Shown here piece by piece: positions 37,701 to 50,500 of a DNA stretch of 64,000 bases. The DNA comes from Monocercomonoides exilis PA203 (lineage: Eukaryota; Protista; Preaxostyla): the NCBI GenBank assembly GCA_001643675.2, contig LSRY02000010.1:558001-622000 (forward strand), given 5' to 3'. Under the pieces are notes generated by a model. That model did not search any database. It was not told the origin of the DNA and saw nothing but the letters and a program-made list of their open reading frames with translations. How positions within the stretch are numbered: the first letter of the stretch is position 1; each line of letters begins with the position of its first letter. A program made the translations under genes and the position numbers.

Positions 37701-40590
37701 TGGATCAGATGAAAAACAGTGTGGAACAAATGCACTTCCATGTTATTCGATTGATCATGGACTGATGCATCTGACTTCAGATTTCATGAGTCAAATGATT
37801 GTTGTTGATGAGAGTGTGATTGGTGGAGAGATAAATCTGGAAGAGATGAGTTTGAGCTCAAAGAGAAAGGTTGAATGCAAAATTGAAATGAAATCAGGGA
37901 TTGACAGAACAAAGGATTCTGTAATATCAACAACAGGAGAAGTTTCATTGCTGAGAGTTAGCTTTGTGTTTGATTCGAATTTCATTTCTCAACATGAATC
38001 ACTGATCTCACCAGAAGGAGGGATTCTTGAAGTGATGAATTGTTCATTCAGCTCAAAACAATTGACAGAAGGAGATAATGAAGATTTTGCAAACATTCCA
38101 TTTCACATTATTAATATGAAAAAGGGTGAATTACAACTTGACGGATGCACAATATCAAATCTCATTCTTCAAAAATCTGCATTATATCTTTCATCTTCTC
38201 TTCCATCAGTTATTGATTCATTGACATTTTGCAATTCAACAATTAAAGCTTCTCTGATAGATATTAATGAATGCGGAAAATTGAATATGGACAGATTAAA
38301 TACAAGAAATATTTCAGTTAAAGGAAATGAAGAATCATTGATATCTTGCTTGACAATGAAAAAGGCAATGGAATTGACAAATTGTACAATAGGCGGAGCC
38401 AGTTCAAATAAAGCAAAGGGGAAATTGATGAAATTGAAGGATTGCACAGATGCGAAAATGGATAATTGCATTTTCGATAGGAGTTCAAATGAAAGAAATG
38501 ATCGGTCTTTGAATGAAAAAGAAGAGATGTGCAGATGGGATGGATCTTTAGTGGATATTGTGAAGAGTTCTGTTTTGATGAAAGACACAACAATCTCAAA
38601 TTCATCAGAAGGAGGAATAACAATGAGCGGAGGAAATGTGATTATTGAGAAAGGAGAGTTTTTGAATAACAATCCATCAATTGAAGGATATCCATCATTA
38701 AGAAGAAATATCATTTGCTCAGACTCAGGAACATTGAATGTGATGAGTTTGAAAGGAGGAGATGGCATATTGCCAAACACATCACTCTGGATGTTGAATG
38801 AAGGGTGCAGTTTTGAAGGGATTGTTTCTGAGAGAGATTCATCATTCTTCATTCCTGTATTAGAGAGTGTGGAAGCAATAGAAGAGATTGAAAGAATGAA
38901 GCTGACATTCAAAGGATTGCTTCTTGTTCCATGCAATCTGTCATTCTCAGTTGTGAAGAGGAAAGGAGAAGAGAAAGAGATTGAAAAACATGATTTTGAT
39001 TCAAATGGATTTTTGTCAGAAAAAGAAGTCGAAGGGAGTGTGGGAAAAGATCTCATCAACAGTTGTGGAGATGAAATAGAAGTGAGTGTGCATGTTTTGT
39101 TTGGGAATGAAGAATCTCCTTCATCAACACAATCATTCATCTTGAAGAATGCAAGTGGATCTGAATCAAAAGGAGATGAACAACTTGTTGAAGGAGGAAA
39201 AGAAGGGAAATCTTATTGGTTATTGATTGTCATTGTGCTTGTTGTGATACTATTAATTGTTCTGATTGTATCAATTATTTTGGCTGTTCGATGGAGAAAA
39301 CAAAAGAGACGAACAGAAGAATTGGAGATAATCGTGGAAGACAATATTAAAAAGGATCCGAAAGCATTTGAGATGGTGACGATGGAGATGTCACCTGAGG
39401 AGCAGTGGAGAAGAGCAGAGAGAGAAGCAGAGAAGAAAAATGAAGAGAGAATAAAGAAGAGAATGAATGGGAAGGAGATGGTGCATTCGGAGTCTGAAGA
39501 GTATCTTTTGAGCGAGAGTGGATCAACAGAATACATATTGGGAAAGGACTCAGACAAGATTCCCGATTGGGCACTGGAAAAGGAGGAAGAGGAAGAGACA
39601 AGAAAAAGAACACCATCTCCATCCATTTCATCCACTTCAACAACAGACACTTCAGACACAGACACAACATTTGTTCGATCGGAGAGTCTGTGCCCAACCA
39701 CCTCGTCCATGTCTAACTTGGTGGATGCAATAGCCTGCTCATCTCCTCATGAGAAACTGATTGTGGATTTGAGAGATTCGCTGTTCATGTTGCTGCATGG
39801 GAGGAATGAAAAGAAGGAGATGGCGATTGGGAGTTTGCAGGAGAGGGAGCAGACAGCTGCCCAAATCCTGTTCTGGGTGGCGAATGGAGCACTCCACTCA
39901 TTTGATGAAATGGAAAATCCTCTTTCTTCTTTGGAAAACCTCAGCCCTCACATTGTGCTCTTCTCTGAACACATGGTGATCTGCATTGTGATGCACTTCG
40001 ACTGTTCTTCTTCAGATTCTGATTCATCTTCGATTTCATCATCCACGATTGTGACATCTTCGTCTGATGGCTCAAGAAGGAACAAGAGATGCACACACTC
40101 GCCTCCACCTTCATCAGCGTTTGAGGATGATGAAGACAACAGAAATGAGTGTTTGAGGTGGAAGGCGCCGGAGCTGATGAGCGGGGCAAAGAAGCATGCC
40201 ACAAAGAAGACAGTTGCATTCTCGATCGGGATGATGCTGTGGGAGTGTCTGACGCTTGATGTTCCATTTGGGGAATACGAAGCTGAGGTTGCGGGGAAGA
40301 AGATAATGAATGGGGAGAGGCCGTGCCTGTTAGAAGTGAGCGAGAGCAGTTTTTGCGAACTTGTGAAAGGATGTTTTTGGCAGGAGGCAAACGAGAGAAT
40401 TGGGCTGGAGAGCGTGAAGCGAGAGTGTTTGGGGCATTTTCCGAAAGAGAAGCTGATCATGACGATATCTGATGGGATTTATATCCAGAATGGGAGGATT
40501 GTCAGAAGAAGCTACGTTGAGAGTGGAGATGAGGAATCAGAAGAGAGACAAACAATCAAAATCGTTTTGCCAGGAAAAATTGTTGAATGA
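25798..40590 (+). CDS. Giant type I membrane protein: signal peptide, ~10 tandem Cys/Gly-rich beta-helix (pectin lyase/Pmp-like) modules, TM helix, cytoplasmic pseudokinase; one in-frame TGA at 30553-30555
   Basis: ORFs 25798-30555 and 30559-40590 share a frame and are separated only by TGA-AAA (4931 codons in total, no introns needed). Hydrophobic N-terminus. Repeated GGG/GGA[ILV] and FxxNxA motifs. Ten CG-x5/6-C module-start motifs. TM WLLIVIVLVVILLIVLIVSIILAV followed by RWRKQKRR. RWKAPE and FSIGMMLWECLT in the tail. Confidence 0.88.
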
Positions 40591-42115
40591 ATGTGAAACG
40601 AATAACATTTTTTGTGATAAATCTTTTTTTTCTTGTATTATTCAATTCATGTGTGTATTTATGTTTATGTTTATGCTTCTGTCAATATTTATTTATCCAT
40701 TATGATATGTAGTTTATTATGTTTTCTGTATGCATGTTATGTTTGTTATGTATTGTATGTGTTTTTCTGTTCAATAGAAATGTTTCATTTCACACAAAAG
40801 CAAAGAATCCATTTCACAATTAAATTATTTTCTGTTGATCTTGTTTTTTGTTGAATTCCGTTTTTTGTTCATAATAGGTATTTAATATTTATCTCACTTT
40901 TTTTGTCTCAATTTTGCCTTCTCTTTTAACGAGTTTTGTCGTGTTGATTAAAATAATTTTTCTAATTAATTTGAGAGATTCGTTCAATTCACTTTCATGC
41001 AAACAGATAATTATTGAAAAGATGAAAGGAGGCAAATGCAACAAGTGTTAATTTCACCAGATTATGAAAAAGATTCAATTTTTCGTTATTTTTTCATTCA
41101 GTCCAAATGTGAATATTTGAAAACAAACAGTTGAAAGAGCATAATTCATTCACAACAAAAGTGAAATCAACTTCAAATAATCTATATCCTTATTTTTCGA
41201 AGATTATCATTTTGTCACTCATTATCAAAACTTCATCCTCTTTAATCAATCTGAAGTTTTTTTTTCAATGTGTGAATCCATCATCAAGGATATTTCCAAT
41301 TAATAAGCAACAAAAACAAAAAAAGAATATTTTTTTCAAAAATCATCATTAATAATCGATAAAAGTCAAATGAAGAAGAGAAAATCATAAATCTCCACAA
41401 CTTACAAAATCAAATCAATCGCATCTTTTTGACTTCATGTTAGTTCTTTCATTTTTAGCACTCCTCATTGTAGCCCCTCCTTCATTTTTTGATCTCTTTT
41501 CTTTTGTTCCTGAAGCGTCCATTTCTGAACTTGTCTCACACAGCAACTTCACCTCATTTTTTAGAATCTCGATTTATTTTCTGAAAATCTGTCAAATCAA
41601 ATCAATGATGTTCCCGAACCTTATTCGATGTGAAAGATTTGTCAAAAAAAGAAGAACTTTTCAAAGAATAAGTGATTGAAAAAGAAAATTTTAATAATTA
41701 ATCGTTTAATCTTCAACAACTGGATCCAAATGGAAAACTCCTGATTTGAAAAATATGGACTCTTATTTTACTCTCTTCTAATGTATTTCTTTCTCAATAT
41801 CATATTCTTGAAAACAATAAAAAAGATAAAGCATTGGATTTGATTCATGCGTAATAGGTTGAGATTTGAATGCAGAAGTGAATATAAATAATTTATATAA
41901 CAGTGATTAAACATTGGAACAAGATCAACGGTTTAAACGGGAGCGATGATGCATATGGCGCTTCGAAGGCAACATTGAAAGCATAATCATTGTTTTCATT
42001 TTTCATGCTTCTTTCTTGAGTCTGATCGAACATCTATTTCTCTCTACCAGAACAAGTGAAGATGAATCAGTCAAAACACAAAGGAACAAAGAAAATGCCT
42101 CATTTCATGTATTGT

Positions 42116-42210
42116 TTTTTTATTTTTATTTTTATTTTTTTTTTTTTTATTTTTATTTTTATTTTTTTTTTTTTTTTGAGAAAGAGAGAGAAAGAGAAAG
42201 AGAAAGAGAG
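42116..42210. repeat. Low-complexity (TTTTTA)n/poly-T followed by (GAGAAA)n
   Basis: Directly visible simple repeats. Confidence 0.8.
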
Positions 42211-42672
42211 AAATTTCGTAAAGTTAAAATTTCAGTAAATAAAGAAAATGAAATATTTTTTTCAACAAAAATCAAGTTTTCTTTAATTTAAAAAACATAA
42301 ACGTATATCAAAAAATAAGTTTTTTATTTTCGTTATCAGCCATTTTTTCTTGGTTTTTTTGTATTACATTTTTTATAAAGAAAAAATTCGGAATGTTTTC
42401 AAAATGAATTGATTTTTTTTTTTTTAATTCAAAGCGGTAACTTTTCTTATCAACAACGAAATGTTGTTGTTTGACGATGAATATTTTAATTTTTTTCATG
42501 TGTTTGTATTTCGCATAAACATACAAAACTCAGAAATTGAATTCCTTCGGATTTTCTATTGATGAAACAAAATTTTAAAAAACTTTATATAGCGTTCAAA
42601 AAATGGAAAAAAATTTTGCACACAACAAATAATATATTACGGTTCATTGAGAAATTTTCTTAAAGATTAACG

Positions 42673-43913
42673 ATGTCATTGTTGACGTTTTATGCACCAA
42701 CAAAGGTTTTGAGCTATTTCACTATATGGATTATCTCAATGTTTTGTTCAAAATTTTCATCTAAAAGATAATTTTTGGACCATCCAGTATTGAACAATTA
42801 GGAAGTGAAATTCTTGATCAAGGAATACATAAGGTTCTTATCGTTCTAGGAGGTGGATCTGCAAAAGAAAACGGAGTTTATGAGCGGGTGATTAAGACCT
42901 TGAATGAAAATAAAATTGGATCCATTGAGCTGTGGGGGGTGAAACCTGATCCTGTCATTGCAAAAGTCAGAGAAGGTGTTTCACTGTGCAAAAATTATTC
43001 GTTAAACATTGATGGGGTTGTGGCAGTTGGAGGAGGAAGCGTGCTGGATTCGGCAAAAGCAATTTGTGCTGGAGCAAAAATGGAGAAAGATGTTTGGGAG
43101 GTATTTTTGGGAAAAGAACAGGCGCCTACGCAAAATCTTCCATTATTTGCAGTCTTAACCGTTTCTAATTCTGCGTCGGAGTTTAATCCAGGTGCTGTAA
43201 TGTCTGATCCGGATGGGTTGGCAAAAATGGAGGCAAATTTCGCTCATCCTGTGATAAGTGCAATTGATCCATCTGTTCAGTTTCATGTTCCGAAAAGAAA
43301 AGTTGTGAGCACTGCAACAAATGCATTTTCTCATTTAATGGAAAGTTATTTGTCCGTAGACAACAAAAATATTACAACTCGCCAAATCAACCTTGCATTG
43401 CAAAAATCATTATTTTCTTCTGTTGATCGAATTTTGAAAAATCCAGAAGATTTAGCAGCTCGAAGTGATTTTTGTTGGGTTATTTCGCTATCAGTCTGTG
43501 GTATTACTTCATTTGGCCTTTCTGGCGACTGGAATGTTCACTTTATCGAGCGCGCAGTAGAAACATTTGACTCAAAAGTCGTTCACGGGGAAGGGATTGG
43601 TGTTTTAACACTTGCATACTATCCGTGGCTGTATAAACAAGGAATGTGCAAAGAAATGTTTGCTGAATGGGCAGAAACTGTGTTTGGTGTTGCTGATGTT
43701 GAAAAAGCGTTGGACAACCTTCGCACCACATTCACACGATGGGGTGCTCCTGTTTCTTTGCAGGATATCGGGATAAAGCTAGAGGATGTTGAATCTATTG
43801 CTAAGTTAGAGCTTCAAAACAGAGCTGTCTTCGGAACTTCTCCGCTTAAGAAGCTTACTGAAGAAGAAATTATTCATATCCTGCGTATTGCTTGTGGAGT
43901 TGATGAAATCTGA
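42673..43913 (+). CDS. Iron-containing alcohol dehydrogenase, BdhA/YqhD (NAD(P)H butanol dehydrogenase)-like, 392 aa
   Basis: Exon 1 42673-42705 (MSLLTFYAPTK), intron 42706-42767, exon 2 42768-43913 (IIFGPSSIEQLG...). Motifs LGGGSAKENG, AVGGGSVLDSAKAI, AFSHLMESY, GDWNVH and HGEG. Confidence 0.92.
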
Positions 43914-44501
43914 TTATAAGTGAATGCCTTTCTCATATTTATTTGTTTAATAAGTTTTTTTTTTATTTTTTTTTTCATTCATTTTACATGCATAATTCAA
44001 AGATGTTACGTTTATTTACGCTCTAACTTCAGTTCATTACAAGAAATCTAGCTTTATTTATTCACTTATGTTTATTTGCGCTTCAATATTTTCTTCATTT
44101 GTATCTTTTTTTTAAACAAAAAAAATTTCAATAATTATAATTCTTTGAGAACATTTCCTGAAATTTTTGCGTTTGTGTACGTTAATAAATACGATCATTC
44201 TCAAACTTATTTGATAAAACACAAAGAAAATAATGATTATAAACAGAATCATTCGAAAACGCATTAAATTCAACCAAAACTGAAAAAGAACAAAAACTTA
44301 AAAAAGAGCCTAATTCTAACTGACAATGAAAAATCATATGAACAAAATATTTGCTAAGCTTCCAACAATCAATTAATAATTGTACATCCAAAGCAATATC
44401 ACTTTTCCTATTCAACATAAAAAAAAATTAAACAAATAATAGAACAAAGGTAAATATATTTTAATGAAAATAAACAAAATTTTTTCATTTTTATATGCTT
44501 A

Positions 44502-47500
44502 TCATTCCATCCAAAATCGATGAAAGATTGTAATAACAGGATTATACATTGAAGGCTTAGACGGAAATGCAAAAAGTGGTTGAGGAGGAGAATAAGTGGA
44601 TGAAGCATGCAAGTCAATCATCCCTTTCCTTCTAAAAGCTTCAATCAGCTGAACAAACTCCAAGCTGATCGCTGGATGAAGAACGCTGAAAGAAAGAGGC
44701 TGCAAATGTGGAGTAGATAAAATACTCTCGAAAAACGGAATTTTGCTCTCGAAAGGAAAGAAATGAGTAGACGTCGAAAAGAAAGGAGAAGCGGTTGAGG
44801 AAAACTGAGAGTAGAAAGAAGAGACATTCAGCCACGAATCGACAAAGCGTATTGGAGATTTGTATATCACAACCGGTTCATTAGGCAAATGGCATTCATT
44901 CGAGAAAAGCGTCACATGAGTATTATGGATGTCTCTTATATTTGAAGATTTTTCAAATTTTTGAAAAGAAATTGATTTTTGCAAATTCTTTCGAGAATGT
45001 TTGAAATCCTTTTGAGTGAAAAACAAAGGCTCCGATCGTCCAGTAGCTTGTAATCTATCAGACGAAATTAACGAACGAAGAGAAATGGGTTCATTCATAA
45101 TCCTCATCAATCTTTTGACTTTAGCTTTTTTTTGTTCTTTACTGCTCGTTTGAGATATCTGTTCGTGTATATTGCTGGATTGAAATTTGTGATTTGGAAT
45201 TATTTCCTTTTTCTGTATTTTTTTGCACAACCCCATTTCAACATGAATAAGTCCATTGCGCGGTTTATTTGAGTATTTTAAGTCGGAGGCATTATCGTCT
45301 TCATTTATACAGCAAAGACAATCTTTGGCAATATTTCCAGTATTTTGTTTGCTTTCTTGTTTCAACTCCATTTTCAATTCATTCACAAATTCGTTTTCTT
45401 CCTCGTTTTTTTCACTTGATTCAATGCCTTTTTCATTTAAACCATCTTCTCCACTGCTTTTATTATGATGCGAATGATCAACGTATGTAATTTTCATTGA
45501 TTGTTCAAAACTTTCAGTTTCCATTGCAAGCATAGAATCTTCAGAACACTCTTCACCTTCATCACCTTCTTCTTCTTCTTCTTCTTCTTCTCCAGAACTT
45601 TTGTTTTTCATATCCACATTTTTTTCTGTTGAAATTTCAAATAGATGATCATCATCAATTTCTTTTGTAATCGATTCATCCTTTTCTTCTTTCTTTTCAG
45701 TTTTTTCCAACGTTTTCTCTTCTTCACCAAGATCAAGAAATTCAATCCATTTGTCAAAAGAAGAAGCTAAAACTGGTACATCTACAACATTTTTCTGACA
45801 ATTATCTTTTGTTTTGCTTTCTGTGAAATAGTCCGGAAGCAAATTACTTGAAGAATCTTCATCAGATACTGTTGAAAAGAACTTGCTTGCTCTCAATTTT
45901 TCATCAATATTTTCAAAAGCCTTCTTGTTTGTCATTATTGAGTCGGAGCAAAAAGGATTAATGCTTGCATTAGCATTCACAGAATCATCTATTCTTTCTG
46001 ATGAAGGATTTTCTTTGAACTGCTGCATTGAAGCAGATAAAGGAATTGATAGATGTAACGCCTTATCAGTATCGTCATTTTCTTCTTGTTTTTTATCTTT
46101 TTCTAACGGAAAATCATTAAAAGCACTAATGAGCTTGTTTTGACTGTTCGTTTGAATCTGTTTGAGATGATGCGGTGTGCATCCATCAAATGCATATGAA
46201 GGTGCAATGATGTGTTGCTGAGAAGAAGGAAGAATGGAACTGGGCATTGGCTGTTTGCATGTGAAGAAAGACAGCCAAGACGCAAAAGAAGAGGAAGAAT
46301 CTAATTCGATTGATTTTTGAATTGGATTATTGTTTGCACTGAAAAAAGGTGCATTTAAGCGCATGAAACTATTTTTTACATCAGAATCTTGAGATTTAAT
46401 CCATAAATTTAGCTTTTCATTGTCAGAGCTCTTACAATAATAAGTATTTGTGAGATGAGATTGGATAAATGCCGAATTATTCTTCTGCATTGAAGTTAAA
46501 AATTGCAATGGAAAATTTTGGTGAGAAGCAGATTCATTTCCAGAAAGATTTAATAATGCAGATAGATCTTCTGAATGATTTCTGTCAAAGAAATCGCTAC
46601 GCTTCCGCTTTGAACGAAGAGAATGAGGTGAAAGAGAAGAAGAACGTTTCATCAAACTCACTGGATAGCAAGAAAGAGATGAAGCATCTTTTTGTTGTTT
46701 GTGAATTCTTCTAATCTTTCGAGTATTTAGATGTTCATTTGTCAAATGATTGGCAGGATAAACTATTGCTTGAATACGAGTTGAATCAAATGGTATCTTT
46801 CGAGCAGCTTCAGAAAATGGAAAGCAAGAGCCATATGTTGGTAAAACTGATTGCTTTCGAAAATTTTGCAGATTTGACAGAAGAAAGTTAGGCTCAAAAT
46901 TAAAAGCAGCATATTGCGCGCTATTTCCTTCAACTGCCAAAAGAGAAGGAACGGCAATTTTTTCACGAAGAGAATTGCGTCTTTGAAGAGAACAGATAGA
47001 AGATTTTTCAATTCCTTGCCATTGAAGAAGCGATGGAATTAGCTCATTTTCTGTGCCTGTTTCATTTTTCATCTGGAAAAGATCTGATTTTTGCTCTTTA
47101 TGTTTATATTTACTTCGCTTTTTTCTACGCTTTTTGCGAAGAGTAGTTCTTTTCGTCTCACTTTTATTACGACATTCACTTTTTCTCCTCCTTTCAATAT
47201 CTTTAACTCCTTCCTCAACCATCCTGAGCCACTGATTGTCGATTTCCAAGGCTTCTTTTCGAGAAGGCTTTCTTTTCGCAACAGAAGATTTTCTGGTTTT
47301 GTCCATAAGTTCGCATTGACACTTTCCTTTGCTTTCCTTTAAACACAATTGCTGGACAACACTTGACCACTTTAACGCTTCATGCCCATTGCTTTCCATT
47401 CCCTTTTCAGAAAAGCTAAGGACAGATGAACCAACTCCGCGAATGCCAAGATCTCCGCAAATAATAACAGGACTCAAAGAATGTGATGAATTGTTTTTTT

Positions 47501-50500
47501 CGATCATTGAATCGGGAGAAATTGGATTTGTTGTTTGTTCTGAAGAAATTGAAGAAGATCGCTGCATAACAGATGTAAGTACAACATTTCGCGGTATCTC
47601 CGATACTTTCTTGCCATAAAACGCTTCAGCACTAACCTGATTTAACCATTGTAGTCTCAGTCTTTCTTTTTCTTCTTCTATTTCTCTTATTTTCCTCTCT
47701 GCAGCTTCCATCCTTTCCTTTTCTTTGACAAGTTCCAATCGAGCCTGATGAATCCCATGAGCAAGATGCAGCATTTGGATAAACTGAACTTCTTCTCCCT
47801 GCTTCTCATCGCACAAAAGAGCATTCACAACTAAAAACTGGCTGTTTTTGAGCGTATGGCGCTGCTCAGACGACTGCACGGCACTTTGACACAGCACATC
47901 TAACTGAGAAGGTCCTAACTGAAAGTTAACATTGTTGAAGGAATGCATTCCTCTGCTTTCTTTAACAGGCGAAATGAAAGGTCTGTCAAAAGAAATTGGT
48001 ATGCAAAGCTGTGACAGAAAAGAAAGAAGATATGGATGAGGAAAAGAGATGATCAAAGGAGGCGGATTGGTGCAATCAAAAACGGAAGGAAATGTAGATT
48101 CGCAAAGTGCATCATTCAATTCTGATTCGCAATCCACAATTTTTGTTTCCCAATTCATGAACGATGAAAGATAAATTCGATGTGAAATATTTTTTGAATG
48201 ATGAGTGTTGCTAAATGAATGAGATGATGATGAAATAGACGAAGATGAGTTAATCTGACCGCACTTGCATTTAAGCACCAGAGCAAGTGGAGCGCCAAGA
48301 AGAGTCACATGGCTTTTATCAGCATCTGAAGAAAGAACATCTCTCGCTGCTTTGATCGCAGATGCAAGCGCAGCGGTCATCGCAGCAACGACAATCTGCT
48401 CACGTGCCTCTATTAACCGATTATCGCGTCTATTTTGAAGAAATCTTGCTTTTCTCTCTTGTTCTTCCATTTGAATTCTCTCTAATTTCTTTATCTCTTC
48501 AATTTCTTTTCCGCAATTTCCAATTTCTTTCTTTTTGCTAACTTGCTCTTTGCTTTTGTCGGAATGTTCTAATTTCACTGAGCATTTTCCCTCGGCATTT
48601 TTGGAAAAATTCGATTTATTTCCACTGTGCGTTTTCTCTGAATCAGTTACAAGAACTTTAGTTGAAATCTCTTTCGAATTAGACGAACTTTCTTTGGTAG
48701 CTGCCTTGTCTGTCACATCAAAAACGCTTCTTGATTGCTTTTTCTTTTTCTTTTTCTTTTTCTTCATTGCAACAATCTTCTTTTTTTCCGATTCGTCTTG
48801 TCCATTTTCAATTGCCAACACTGAAGCTTTCACTTCTTCTGAGAGAATTTCTTTCTGCTCTCCACAGATATTATCTGTTGCTTGCAATGTTGCATTAATA
48901 AATTCTGATGCTTTTGCGGTTTGCTTTTCACTGATTTCAGCTGATGAATAATGTTGGCAAGCCACATCCGTCAAAGTTGTAGGTGCAGAAATATCCGTGC
49001 AATGTTCAGGTCTCCTTTGGCTAGGCATTTGAACAAGCATTCCGATCTTCATGTTCACTTCATCAGAGTCATTAATCTCCTGTTCAAGTTCCATCTCATC
49101 CAGAATTCCACAGCGTGCCATCTTGCCGTCTATCTTCTGCATTCGTGCTTCGAAAGCTTCCCGCCTTTGATGTGCGCGCAATCTTCTCTCAGACGGTGTA
49201 AGCTTCGTTTCGTGCATCTTTTGGTTCAATGTTAACTCACGCCTTAGCAAAAAAGCAGAATTTGATTGTGATGGTTGCAATGGCAAAGGCCGAAGAGGAG
49301 AATCACAGAATGAGTCGATGCGTTGCTGTTCAGAGCGCTCAAGGAAAGTTAATGGATTTTGTGGATGATGAATTAAAGTGGTTGTTTTTTTACGTGTTTG
49401 CTCGTCAACATCAACATCACGAGCAATTTGAATGTTCGCTATGCCATTATGATCATCTTTAGTTTTGTTGCGAAGATCATCGCTTTTTCCATCCTTTTTC
49501 ATTTCATTCTCTTTCTCTATGACAATTTCCTCTTCTTCCTCGTATTCTTCCCATTCGCTTTGCTCTGAGTTTGAAGGTAATTCTTCTGGATTTTCTTTGT
49601 CTTTTTCAACTAATTCGGCTGATTGCTCCTTTTTACTATTAGCTACGCACTTTACATTGGTTTCTATTTTTTCTTTGCTTTCTATCGCTTTTTCTTTCGC
49701 CTCAATTACTTTTGCGATGATCCCTTTTTCTGCACTTTTTACTTCTTCTTTCATTCCTCCGATGTTGTATGGAATAAAATAATCTCGAAACAGCATTATT
49801 TCCCTCTCAAACATTCTCCAGTCTTCGCTTCCACATTCATTTCTGTCTATTCTTGTGATCAAATTTGGTCGGTTGAACATTAGCGCCTCGTTGACACAGC
49901 GAAGAGGAAGAGGCAGCTCACAAATAGGCAGCTTCAGCACTCCCTCATTGCCCTCTGAAGGCTCTTCGTTTCTGTTTCCTTTTTTGGAATTTGCTGCTTT
50001 TTTGTAAAATCTCTCGACAATTTTTGTGAGAACTGGGTCATGTTTGGCAGGCTCTTTCATCTCTTCTCTGATCCTCCTCATCTCTTTCACCTTCTCTTCA
50101 GCCACGCCCCGCTTCCTCCAGATTGCTATCCTCTTCTCTTCTTCTTCTGCCCTGAGCTCAGTAATTCGCCTCCTTGCGCTCTTCTTCAGCTTCCCAGTTC
50201 CCAAAATCTCAGAATATGCTCTTTCTCTGTCTTTGAGCAGCTTGTCGCGAAGTGGCGCTGCTGCAACAGCAACATCGGCTGGCAAAATAAAAGGCTCATT
50301 TTTGATTTTAATGGCGCTTTTGCGAACGTCCAGCCAGAGTCCAATTGATCTCATTGCACAAACAGCAGAAGGAGGTGTTCGTGTGGCAAGAGACGCTCTG
50401 AGCAGCTGGGAAAGAGCAGAAGAAGCCTCGTTGTTTGCAGAGGGGAGTGGGGAATGAAGATGAATGGAAGGATAATTTGAAGCAGAGGAAAGAGGTTTTC

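Noticed and set aside
25953-40460. Many antisense Pro/Ser/Phe-rich ORFs
   Set aside because: Shadows of the GGA/GAA-rich sense gene; no independent motifs.
41418-41600. Coding-like minus-strand fragment (KIEILKNEVKLLCETSSEMDASG...)
   Set aside because: Short, with no start or recognisable motif; cannot support a gene call.
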